Part shown: piece by piece, positions 40,015-48,843 of the stretch | Position numbering within the stretch: position 1 is the first letter of the stretch | How the letters are laid out: each line of letters opens with the position of its first letter | Origin: Capsulimonadaceae bacterium | GTDB lineage: Bacteria; Armatimonadota; Armatimonadia; Armatimonadales; Capsulimonadaceae | Assembly: GCA_965215505.1 (NCBI GenBank) | Contig: OZ244065.1 | Location: 6,048,001-6,112,000, forward strand | DNA: 64,000 nt | Reading direction: 5' to 3' | Notes under the pieces: model-generated | What the model saw: only the letters and a program-made list of their open reading frames with translations | The model's database searches: none | What the model was told of the DNA's origin: nothing | Translations under genes and position numbers: made by a program

Positions 40015-41739
40015 TTACCCCGAGTAGATGACGCGCAGCGACTCTTCCAGCGTGGTGATGCCGAGCAGGATCTTCTCCATGGCGTCGTCCTTCAGCGTCC
40101 GCATCCCCGCCTCGATGGCCGCCTCGCGGATGGCATAGGAGGAGCCTCGGGCCAGGATCAGCTCGCGCACCTTGTCGTTGACCGGCATCAGCTCGTAGAC
40201 TCCGATGCGGCCCTTGTAGCCCGTCCCCTTGCAGGCGTCGCAGCCCCGTCCCCGGAAAAACGTCACCTCGCTCTTGTCCAGGATGTCCAGGTTCATGCCC
40301 AGCCGCTTGAGGGCGTCCTTGGGCGGCGAGTACGGCTCCTTGCACTTGATGCAGACCGTCCGCAGCAGGCGCTGGGCGAGGACGCCCGCGATGGAGGAGG
40401 CGATCAGGAAGCTCTCCACCCCCATGTCCAGCAGGCGCGCGACCGAGCCGGGGGCGTCGTTGGTGTGCAGAGTGGACAGGACGAGGTGCCCGGTGAGGGC
40501 CGCCTCGATGGCGATCATGGCCGTCTCCTGGTCGCGCATCTCGCCGACCATGATGATGTTCGGGTCCTGGCGCAGCATGGAGCGCAGGCCGGACGCGAAG
40601 GTCATGCCCGCCCGGTTGTTGACCATGGACTGCGTGATGCCGGACAGCTCGTACTCCACCGGGTCCTCGATGGTCAGGATGTTCTTCTCGCCCGAGTTCA
40701 GCTTGGCCAGCACCGAATACAGCGTCGTGGACTTGCCCGAGCCGGTCGGGCCGGTGACGAGGATGATGCCGTAGGTGCGCTGGATCATGGACTCGAACAT
40801 CTCGAACGTGTACGGCAGCAGCCCCAATTTGTGCAGGCCGACCGAGATGTTGGACTTGTCCAAGACGCGCATGACGATCTTCTCGCCGAAGACGGCCGGC
40901 AGGGTCGAGACGCGGAAGTCGTAGGGGCGGCCCTCGATGGTCGCCGAGATGCGCCCGTCCTGGGGGGCGCGCTTCTCGGAGATATCCATGTCCGCCATGA
41001 TCTTGATGCGGGACGTGATGGACGCCTGCGCCTTCTTCGGGAGGGTCATGCCGTCCGAGAGGATTCCGTCCACGCGGTAGCGGATACGCAGGCCGTCCTT
41101 GGCCGGCTCGATGTGGATGTCCGAGGCCTTGTCGGTGATGCCGCGCGAGATGATCATGTTGGCGAGCCGGACGACCGGGGCCTCGCCGGACAGCTCCTTG
41201 AGCTGCTCGATGGTGATTCCGTCCTCGTCGCCGCCCTGGGTCAAGGTGATGGTGGCTTCGTCGAGGTCCCGCATGACGTTGGTCACGGCCTCGGTGACGT
41301 TGACCTCGGTCCGGTAGTTGGCCGAGATGGCGTTGATGATGTCTTCTTCCGTCGCGATGACGGCTTCGACCTCTTTGCCCGTGATCAGCCGTATCTCGTC
41401 AATGGCGAAGATGTCCAGCGGGTTCTTCATCGCCAAAGTCAGCCGCTTGGGACTGCGCTCGATGGGGATGACCTTGAACCGCCGGGCCAGCTCCTGCGTG
41501 ACCGCGCTGGTGACATCGTCGGGAATCTGGATTTCGGTCAGGTCCACATAGGGGACGCCCCACTGCTCGCCGAGGCAGCGGACGCGGTCGCGCTCGGTGA
41601 TCAAGCCCATCGAGACCAGCAGGTCGCCGATCGGCTCCTGCGTCTTGAGCTGCCGCTGCTTCTCGACCGCCTGTGCAAGCTGCTCGTCGGAAACGAGGCC
41701 GCTGCTGACGAACACATCCGCCATCGCTGTTGACTGCAT
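40015..41739 (-). CDS. pilB: Type IV pilus assembly ATPase PilB/GspE
   Basis: ASDIHIEP, GPTGSGKST, LRQDP, CIKC/CDAC Zn motif; MshEN-like N-terminus. Confidence 0.95.
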   Translation of the reverse strand: MQSTAMADVFVSSGLVSDEQLAQAVEKQRQLKTQEPIGDLLVSMGLITERDRVRCLGEQWGVPYVDLTEIQIPDDVTSAVTQELARRFKVIPIERSPKRLTLAMKNPLDIFAIDEIRLITGKEVEAVIATEEDIINAISANYRTEVNVTEAVTNVMRDLDEATITLTQGGDEDGITIEQLKELSGEAPVVRLANMIISRGITDKASDIHIEPAKDGLRIRYRVDGILSDGMTLPKKAQASITSRIKIMADMDISEKRAPQDGRISATIEGRPYDFRVSTLPAVFGEKIVMRVLDKSNISVGLHKLGLLPYTFEMFESMIQRTYGIILVTGPTGSGKSTTLYSVLAKLNSGEKNILTIEDPVEYELSGITQSMVNNRAGMTFASGLRSMLRQDPNIIMVGEMRDQETAMIAIEAALTGHLVLSTLHTNDAPGSVARLLDMGVESFLIASSIAGVLAQRLLRTVCIKCKEPYSPPKDALKRLGMNLDILDKSEVTFFRGRGCDACKGTGYKGRIGVYELMPVNDKVRELILARGSSYAIREAAIEAGMRTLKDDAMEKILLGITTLEESLRVIYSG

Positions 41740-41885
41740 GGGACTTCCTAGTGAGAGTGAAACGTGGAGAGAACGAAAAAAGAGAACAACGAGAACAAAA
41801 AAGAAACGGCAGGGAGAGTTCTCCCTGCCGGAATTATCGGTGAATCGCGGTGCATTCTGTAGACGGGCGCGGCCCGTCATGACCT

Positions 41886-43601
41886 CTAGATGGCGTCTTT
41901 TGCGATGGAAACCTTGATGAAGATCACGACCTCGTTGCGGTTGTGCGTGACCTGGGTGTCGCGGAAGAGCTGTCCGAAGAAGGGCAGGTCGCCCAGCAGG
42001 GGGACCTTCTGGATGTTCTTCACGTCCTGCTGGCTGATCAGGCCGCCGATGGCGATCGTCTCGCCGTCTTTGACCCGCAGCGTGGTCGTGGCCTCGCGCG
42101 ACGAGATGTTCGGGAGCTGCGCCCCGCCGATCCCCGCCTGGAACGTGACCGAGGACACCTCCGGGTGGACGTTCAGGGTGACATAGCCGTCGTTGTTGAC
42201 CTTGCCGGTGACGAACAGCTTGATGCCCGCGCTCACCGTCGCCGTCGTCACGTTCTGCCCCGTCGGCGAGCTGGTGATCGAGGAGACGTAGGTGATGTTG
42301 TCGCCGATGAAGACGGCGGCCGGCTGCCCGTCCACGGCGGAGATGTTCGGGTTGGACAGCAGCTTGACGTCGCCGTTCTGCTGGAGCGCGTCGAGTTTGA
42401 CGTCCACCAAGTCGCCCAGGGCGGTGCGCGAGAACGTGCCGAACTTGAATGGCCGGCCGGGGAAGCCGCTGTCGCCCAGCTTGGGCGGGCCGTTGCTGAT
42501 GTTGTCACCGCCCGCCCCGGACTCGCCGATGCGCGTCTGCGCCCCGGCGAAGCTGTAGGCAAGCCCCAGGTTCTTCTGGGCGTTCAGGTTGACTTCGGTG
42601 ATCTTTGCCTCGAAGTTGATCTGGGCGGGCCGGACGTCCACAGTGGTCAGGACCTGCCGGGCGCGCGTCAGGTCCGCGTCTGAGCCGGTCAGCAGAAGCG
42701 AGGAAGTCGTCGGCTTGGTCGGCAGGTTGGCCGTGACCGCCGTGGTCGTGCCGCCCGCCGCCGCGCCGTAGGAGGTCGTCGTCGCCGTGGTCCCGCCCGC
42801 GTCCGCCGTCGCTGGGGCCACCGGCGCGGTCCGCTGGGTCGGACCCGGCGTGATGATGACGCCGGGCACCAGGCGGCTCAGGACCGCTTGCAGGTCGTCC
42901 GCAGACACATACCTGATGTTATAGACCTCGGTATGCGAGGTGCCGATGTTGCGCGAGATCATCGCCTCTGAGTCGGCGACCAGACGGCGGACGCCCTCGA
43001 TGTCGTCCCCCGTGCCGGTGAGGACGAGTACGCCGCCGCCGGCCTGGCCGCCCGCCGCCTTGCCGGTGGAGGCCTTGACGTTCGGGTAGAGCTGCTTGAT
43101 CTCGGTCGTCAGGTCGGTGGGGTCCGAGTAGCTGAACGAGAGGACCGTCGTGACGGAGGGTGCCTGCGCCGTGCCCGACGCGGTCAGGGTGGCGACGGCG
43201 GCGGGCGTCCCGACCAGGTAGGTCCGGCCGATCTTGGCGTACTGGAAGCCGGACAGCTTGGTGATCAGGTCCAGGGCCTCCTCCAGCGAGACGTGCGCCA
43301 GGGAGACCGTGATCGGCCCCTTGACGTCCGTGCCCGAGACGATGTTGGTGTGGGTCTGCATCGCCAGGGCCTTGAGGACGTCGTTGATGTCCGCGCCGAC
43401 AAAGTCCAGCGTAACGTCGTCGGCCCCGGCGGCCGCCCGGACCGTCTGCGCGGCAGGGGCGTGGGCGACCGGGCGCGGGGCGGCCTGTGCCGCCGGGGCG
43501 GTCAGCAGGCCGGACGCCAGGGCCAGCGCGGCGGCGTTCGAGGCCAATGTCTTCGTGCGCGCCCTCAGTGTGGGGGCGTGCGCCATGGGTTCGGTCGGCA
43601 T
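41886..43601 (-). CDS. Secretin (PilQ/GspD family)
   Basis: Signal peptide, STN-like region, QINFEAKITEV, DGETIAIGGL, KVPLLGDLPFFGQLF. Confidence 0.92.
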   Translation of the reverse strand: MPTEPMAHAPTLRARTKTLASNAAALALASGLLTAPAAQAAPRPVAHAPAAQTVRAAAGADDVTLDFVGADINDVLKALAMQTHTNIVSGTDVKGPITVSLAHVSLEEALDLITKLSGFQYAKIGRTYLVGTPAAVATLTASGTAQAPSVTTVLSFSYSDPTDLTTEIKQLYPNVKASTGKAAGGQAGGGVLVLTGTGDDIEGVRRLVADSEAMISRNIGTSHTEVYNIRYVSADDLQAVLSRLVPGVIITPGPTQRTAPVAPATADAGGTTATTTSYGAAAGGTTTAVTANLPTKPTTSSLLLTGSDADLTRARQVLTTVDVRPAQINFEAKITEVNLNAQKNLGLAYSFAGAQTRIGESGAGGDNISNGPPKLGDSGFPGRPFKFGTFSRTALGDLVDVKLDALQQNGDVKLLSNPNISAVDGQPAAVFIGDNITYVSSITSSPTGQNVTTATVSAGIKLFVTGKVNNDGYVTLNVHPEVSSVTFQAGIGGAQLPNISSREATTTLRVKDGETIAIGGLISQQDVKNIQKVPLLGDLPFFGQLFRDTQVTHNRNEVVIFIKVSIAKDAI

Positions 43602-43659
43602 TGCATTCTCCTATGCGGCCCCCCGGAGGGAAGCGCGAGCGGTCTTCCGTGAAAGGTGA

Positions 43660-44820
43660 TCAAATAAAGCGATCCGGCAGCGTCCCGGCCGTGGTCAGGT
43701 CTGTAGTCAGGTCTGTAGTCAGGTCCGAGGCCGTCACGCATCGCCACTGCGCGCCGCTCGCGGCGGCCTGCCCGTCCCCATAAACGTCCCGGCTGAGGTC
43801 CAGGGGGTCCTGTCCCACAGGAACCAGGGCGGTTTCCGTAAGGGGCGCGGTTGGCGCGGCGAACCAGGCATCCATCCGGCCCTCGGCGGGCGTCAGGTAG
43901 GAGCGGGCCATCAGCAGCGCGCCCTGGACCATCCGGGTCAGCCCCGTCGCCAGGCCCGCCGGGGTGTCGGCAAAAGCCGAAGCGTCCTTCTCGGGCGCGT
44001 CGGCCGGCGTGGGAGTCGGAACGAGGGCAGGCAGAGCGGCAGGAACGGAGGGCGCGGGCCGGGCGGGTGCCGCGGCCGGGGCGGCCTTAGCCGCCCCCAG
44101 CGTCAGACGGTAGAGTGTGACCCCATGCCGCAGGACCACCGCCCCGCGCGTCACCGTCACGACCCGATAGAGGCCGTCCACGCTGTCCCCGGTGCGGACG
44201 ATGCGCCGGGCATCGCCGTCACGGAGGACGGCGATCTGGCCCGCCGCGCTTTGCAGCACGCCGGTCACGGTCCAGGCCGGCGCGGCGGGCGCGTCCGGGG
44301 CCGGCTTCTTGGGGGCGGTGGACGGTCCGGGCATGACACCGGGTGCGGGGAAGCCTTTCAGGCCGAACGGCAGTGTGGACGTGCCGACCGATGCCGGGGC
44401 GACCTCATGGATGCTCGCCAGCTGCGGCACGGCGGCGTTGGCCGGAACGGTGGCCGAAGCCGGTTTGGATGCCGGCGCGGCGGGCGCGGCCGGGGCGGGG
44501 GCCGTCGCCGGGTCCACATAGCCGACCACGAACGGGTCGCGCATCCCCGGCGTCGGGGCGGGCGCGTCCGGCGCATCCCCGGCGGGTGCGGCTTCCGGGC
44601 CGGCCCCCGCCCTGCCGCCCGCCGGTGCTGCGCTCCCAGGCAGTCTGGAAGCGGGCGACGCCGCCGGGGCTTGCGCGACCTCGCCCGCCGGGCGCGGCCG
44701 GGTCCCGGCGGCGGCCGGGGAGGGCGTGACGATCTTCATGACGAAGTAGCCGAAGACGCCTGCTGAAAGGACGCACAGGGCGGCAAACTGCGGGATCTGT
44801 TTCTTGTCTAGCTTGTTCAT
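43660..44820 (-). CDS. PilP-position Pro/Ala-rich membrane protein
   Basis: TM, RDPF motif, VTGVL...IAVL..IVRTGD beta domain; between pilO and the secretin. Confidence 0.6.
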   Translation of the reverse strand: MNKLDKKQIPQFAALCVLSAGVFGYFVMKIVTPSPAAAGTRPRPAGEVAQAPAASPASRLPGSAAPAGGRAGAGPEAAPAGDAPDAPAPTPGMRDPFVVGYVDPATAPAPAAPAAPASKPASATVPANAAVPQLASIHEVAPASVGTSTLPFGLKGFPAPGVMPGPSTAPKKPAPDAPAAPAWTVTGVLQSAAGQIAVLRDGDARRIVRTGDSVDGLYRVVTVTRGAVVLRHGVTLYRLTLGAAKAAPAAAPARPAPSVPAALPALVPTPTPADAPEKDASAFADTPAGLATGLTRMVQGALLMARSYLTPAEGRMDAWFAAPTAPLTETALVPVGQDPLDLSRDVYGDGQAAASGAQWRCVTASDLTTDLTTDLTTAGTLPDRFI

Positions 44821-44835
44821 AGTGGTTTCCCCGGT

Positions 44836-45708
44836 TTAGAGCGTGCCTACCCCGACGGCCCCGCGTGCGTTCACGGCCCTCGTCGCCCCGACCGCGCCCG
44901 CCGCCGCCCGGCCCACCGCCCCGGTGACCGTGCCCGCCGCGATGGGCGGGGCCGGGGACGCGGGGACGGTGGCGGACTGGAGTGCAGCCGACGCCGCGCC
45001 GGGCGCGGCATCGTCCGCGTGGAACATGAAGGCGACCAGTTTGAGGTTCGTCGCCACCGTCGGCGCGGCCTTCGGGTTGGCCTTGTCCGTTGAGGTGTTC
45101 GGGTGCATCTGCACCGCCGTCACCGAGATGATCTTCGGGAAGCGGGTCAGGCTGTAAAGGAAAGCGGCAGTGTCGGCGTAGGTGCCGGTCGTGTCCACGT
45201 CAATGCTGAGCGTGTCGTAAGGCGGCGGCGGCGGCGCTTTCGGGGCGGCCCCGGACGCCGCCGCGTCGCCTCCGGTCGTCGGATGGACCGGGACGGGTGC
45301 GGCCGGCGGGACCGGCGCGGCGGGCCGGACGGCGAGGACGTTCAGGTGCGTCGTCGCCGCCAGCGCCTGGAGCTGGCCGAGCAGGGTCGGCACATAGGAC
45401 TTGGGCGGGACGGAGGCTTCCAGGCACTGGATGCGGTCCTGCGTCTCGGTGTAGGCGGTCTGCGTGACGAGATACCGCTTGGCGATTCCCTCGCTGCCGT
45501 CCACCTGGGTCTGCTTCTGCCGTGCGGCCGCCTGGAGGGCGGCGAGGTGAGAGTTCAGCCCCAGGAGCGCGCCGCCGCCGCCGAGCAGGACCAGGCCCGC
45601 CCCGCCCATCAGCGCCACCATCATCCGCTTGGTCGCCGGGACGGCCTTGTGGCCCACGAGTCCGGGGGTCTGTGCGCCGGGACTTTGTGCGTTAAGACTT
45701 TGTGCCAT
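44836..45708 (-). CDS. pilO: Type IV pilus protein PilO
   Basis: TM plus coiled coil; VPTLLGQL, GTYADTAAFL..L.RFPKII. Confidence 0.8.
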   Translation of the reverse strand: MAQSLNAQSPGAQTPGLVGHKAVPATKRMMVALMGGAGLVLLGGGGALLGLNSHLAALQAAARQKQTQVDGSEGIAKRYLVTQTAYTETQDRIQCLEASVPPKSYVPTLLGQLQALAATTHLNVLAVRPAAPVPPAAPVPVHPTTGGDAAASGAAPKAPPPPPYDTLSIDVDTTGTYADTAAFLYSLTRFPKIISVTAVQMHPNTSTDKANPKAAPTVATNLKLVAFMFHADDAAPGAASAALQSATVPASPAPPIAAGTVTGAVGRAAAGAVGATRAVNARGAVGVGTL

Positions 45709-46372
45709 TGACGGCTCCTTTCGCGTCGGCCGTCTTGGTGCCGCCTGGGGCGGCCGGCTTCAGGGTGCCTGCGGCCGGGCCGGCTTCCGGCTTGAGGTGG
45801 ACGGTCATCTGGAAGGCGACGGCTTGGGCCGCGCCCAGCTTCTGCTGCTGCACGAAGCCGAGGTCCACATGATCCAGGGTGGGGGACTGGTTCATCCGCA
45901 GCATCGTCTCGCCGACGACGGCCTGGCTCATGGCGACGCCCGTCAGGTTCAGGGTCGGGTCGTCGCCGCCCGCCGCGCCCGGCGCGGCCCCGGCCGGTGC
46001 CGCAGCCGCCGCGCCCGTCCCCAGCGCGGTCAGCCAGGTCTTGGGCGGCAGGCTCGTGGTGACCGCATAAAAGTTTTTGTACCAGAAGAGCGTGTCGGCC
46101 TTGGCCCCGTCCAGCGTCTGGACCTTGGGCATCAGGGCGGCCGTCTCGTTCTGGAGCTGCTGGATCTTGGTGACGCTCGGCTGCAAGGCCGTGACGCGCT
46201 CCGACAGCCGGGCGACCTCGTGCTGAGTCACCAGGATGCGGGCCGTCAGGACGAAGGCGGCCAGGACGATCAGGCCGATCTCACCGACGATCGCGGAGAG
46301 GAGCTTGCGGATATTCTGTTCCTGCTTCCGCTTTTCTTCGCGGCGCACGGCGATCATGTTGATTGAAGGCAT
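45692..46372 (-). CDS. pilN: Type IV pilus protein PilN
   Basis: N-terminal INMI motif, TM, LPPKTWLT, LTGVA; start at MPSINMIA. Confidence 0.82.
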   Translation of the reverse strand: MPSINMIAVRREEKRKQEQNIRKLLSAIVGEIGLIVLAAFVLTARILVTQHEVARLSERVTALQPSVTKIQQLQNETAALMPKVQTLDGAKADTLFWYKNFYAVTTSLPPKTWLTALGTGAAAAAPAGAAPGAAGGDDPTLNLTGVAMSQAVVGETMLRMNQSPTLDHVDLGFVQQQKLGAAQAVAFQMTVHLKPEAGPAAGTLKPAAPGGTKTADAKGAVNGTKS

Positions 46373-46434
46373 GGGAGTTTCTTTCGCGTGTCGGGGCGGG
46401 GTTCCTCCGCCCGCTCTTATTCTGGGCCGCCCCT

Positions 46435-47649
46435 CTAGGCCGCCTTCGCCAGCGGGCTGCGGAACCGGGGGGCCGCCGCCTTCCCGGCGCGGCGCGCGGG
46501 GGAGGGCGTCAGCTCCTTGAGGGCCAGCCCGATCCCGGTGACCAGCATGGGGTGGTTCTCCTCGATGAAGCCGGGTGCCAGCCGGGAGGCGTCGAGGGCC
46601 GGGCCGGCGAGGGGGTTCCAGATCTCCACCGGGATGCCCAGGCGGGCCGCCATGTAGGCCTCCAGGCCCTTCATCTTCGCGCTGCCGCCCGTGATGATGA
46701 TCCGCGAGACGGGGCCGCTGTTCTCCGAGGTCGTCCCCGCCGGCAGGATCGAGTTGGCCGGGTCGGCGAGCTGTGACTGGTAGTAGTTCGTGGAGCGGCG
46801 CACCTCGCGCAGCAGCTCGTCCAGCGCGGGCTGCATCGCCCGCGCCAGGGCCGTGGTCTCCGGGTCGGCGTCGTCCTGGAGCAGGGCGGTCATTTCCACC
46901 CGCGTCTTCATCTCTTCCAGCAGGTTCCAGCCCTCGCCCGGCGCGAGCGCCTTCAGGGCCTGCGTGAAGCTGTCGCCGGCGATGGGGATGTTGCGTGTCA
47001 GCGCGAACAGCCCGTTCGTGACGATATTCACGTCGGTGGTGGTCGCGCCGATGTCCAGCAGGGCCAGGGTCGTCCCCTCGCCGGGCCGCGTCGGCGACAG
47101 GTCCACCAGGGCGCGCTGCAAGGCGAACGCCTCGATGTCCACGCCGACCGGCTCCAGGCCCGCCAGTGTCAGCGCGGCCAGCCGCGACTCCACCATGTCG
47201 TTGGGCGCGGCGACCAGCATGACGCTCATCTTGTCGGCCTCGCCCGGCACGTCCCCGGTGATCTCGAACTCGATCATGCTGTCTTCCACGTTCGAGGAGA
47301 TGTGCTTGGCGGCCTCGAAGCGCACCGACCGGCGCAGGACGCCCTCGGCCATCCGGGGCAGCTTGACGTGGCGGACGATCACGCTGGGTCCGCTGATGGC
47401 GGCCACGGCGGCGTTCGCCTCGATGCCCGCGCCCTGCATCAGCGCCTTCAAAGCCTGGGCGAGTGCGCCCTGGTCCAGAACGATCCCGTCTCGGACGGCG
47501 TCGCCGGGCGTCGGGCCGATGGCGGCCTTGACGATCTGCCACGCGCCCGGCGTCCGGCCCGCCTCGGCCTGCACCAGTTTGATGAAGCGGCTGCCGATGT
47601 CCACGCCGACGAGCTTTTCTTTGCCGAATATCTGCGAAAGTCCGAGCAT
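46435..47649 (-). CDS. pilM: Type IV pilus protein PilM
   Basis: VGVDIGS, LLDIGA, TGGSA actin-like motifs. Confidence 0.92.
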   Translation of the reverse strand: MLGLSQIFGKEKLVGVDIGSRFIKLVQAEAGRTPGAWQIVKAAIGPTPGDAVRDGIVLDQGALAQALKALMQGAGIEANAAVAAISGPSVIVRHVKLPRMAEGVLRRSVRFEAAKHISSNVEDSMIEFEITGDVPGEADKMSVMLVAAPNDMVESRLAALTLAGLEPVGVDIEAFALQRALVDLSPTRPGEGTTLALLDIGATTTDVNIVTNGLFALTRNIPIAGDSFTQALKALAPGEGWNLLEEMKTRVEMTALLQDDADPETTALARAMQPALDELLREVRRSTNYYQSQLADPANSILPAGTTSENSGPVSRIIITGGSAKMKGLEAYMAARLGIPVEIWNPLAGPALDASRLAPGFIEENHPMLVTGIGLALKELTPSPARRAGKAAAPRFRSPLAKAA

Positions 47650-47877
47650 CTGGAACACTCCCCCGTAACGCCGTCTGAAGGCAGCGCCTTCCGTAACCAT
47701 CTGTCCCTGATTATTGGTGGCGGCGCGTGGAAACTAGAGGGGTGTCTGCGGGGCGAATGGGTTTCTCGTGCAGGAACCGTGCCGAACGGCCTGTGGGAAC
47801 TGCGGGGTTCACGAAAAAACCGCAATCCTGCTTGCTTCCTGCTTGCTTGTGGGCCGGGGGCATGATATAATAGAGAC

Positions 47878-48429
47878 ATGAGTATCCCCCCAGGACCGCC
47901 CCCCGGCGGCTATTACAGCGCCCCGCCGCGCAAAAGCGGCGTCAACGGCTGGGCGATCGCCGGCTTCGGCTGCCTGGGCCTGTTCCTGCTGGCCGCCATC
48001 GGCGGCGTCCTGCTGGTCCGAGCTACCAAGGACCAGCTCTCGCACCCGTCCAAGAACAGCGTCATCGGCATCGGCGTCCTGGCCGCCAAGGCGGCGCAGG
48101 ACGGTAAAAGCTTGCAGCAGGCCGTCGTCGCCTACCACCAGGCGAAGGGGAAGTACCCCAAGACGCTGATGCAGCTCGTCCAGGAGGGTGCCATCGACGG
48201 CAAGACGCTGCACAACGACCTGGACGACGACCCCAATCCGGGCCACGTCTCCTGGACCTACACCAAGCCCGCCGAGGGTGCGCCGGGCGAGACGCCGATC
48301 CTGACGGAGCCGTACCGGATCACGATGGGCGGCAGCACGCAGTCGAGCAGCATCGGCTTCACGCTGGACGGGCGGAGCGTGACCGCCAACACCAGCGGCG
48401 CACCGCCGCCCCAGGGCAAGACCCCCTAG
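47878..48429 (+). CDS. Membrane protein with GspG/pilin-like globular motif
   Basis: Pro-rich N-terminus, TM, LQQAVVAYHQAKGKYPKTLMQLV; no prepilin cleavage motif. Confidence 0.65.
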   Translation: MSIPPGPPPGGYYSAPPRKSGVNGWAIAGFGCLGLFLLAAIGGVLLVRATKDQLSHPSKNSVIGIGVLAAKAAQDGKSLQQAVVAYHQAKGKYPKTLMQLVQEGAIDGKTLHNDLDDDPNPGHVSWTYTKPAEGAPGETPILTEPYRITMGGSTQSSSIGFTLDGRSVTANTSGAPPPQGKTP

Positions 48430-48843
48430 CCGGCGGCGGGCTGAGGAGGCCGTGGGCGTCCGCGTCCCGGCCCCGCGCCGTCCTGCCGTGCTGCGCCAGC
48501 AGTCGGTCCGTCATCCCCTGGAGCGCGGTGATCGCGCGCCAGAGGTGGTCCGCCGCCTCTTCCTGGAGCGGCTGCTCGTCCTGTGGGTTCATGGGTGGTC
48601 CTTGCTGCGTGACGGGACGACGTCGTCCTGGTCCTGCCCTGACCGTCACGCGCCGTCGGTACGGGTTTTTCGTCTCTACGACGCGGTTGATCGTCGGCAG
48701 GTTCCTTCCCGGTTCGCACGGAAATCTCACGAAGATTTCAGATTTTTGTGTGTTTGCCTGCTACCCCCCCCTATTTTTTCTGGGTATAGTAAGAACAAGA
48801 TAAGTCTATGTAGCCGGGTGCTACAGGAAAGACGAGGCTTACG

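Noticed and set aside
37339-41733. Long antisense ORFs (e.g. 37339-39210, 39766-41733; also 21421-22971, 29065-30870, 58414-60234)
   Set aside because: Shadow frames of well-supported genes in GC-rich DNA; no motifs
45692-47542. 616-aa ORF suggesting a PilM-PilN fusion
   Set aside because: The upstream part is an alternative frame over pilM; pilM has its own stop at 46435 and PilN starts at 46372
48359-48730. Small minus-strand ORF (MNPQDEQPLQEEAADHLW...)
   Set aside because: Overlaps the end of the 47878-48429 gene and has no recognisable motif; cannot be supported without homology data
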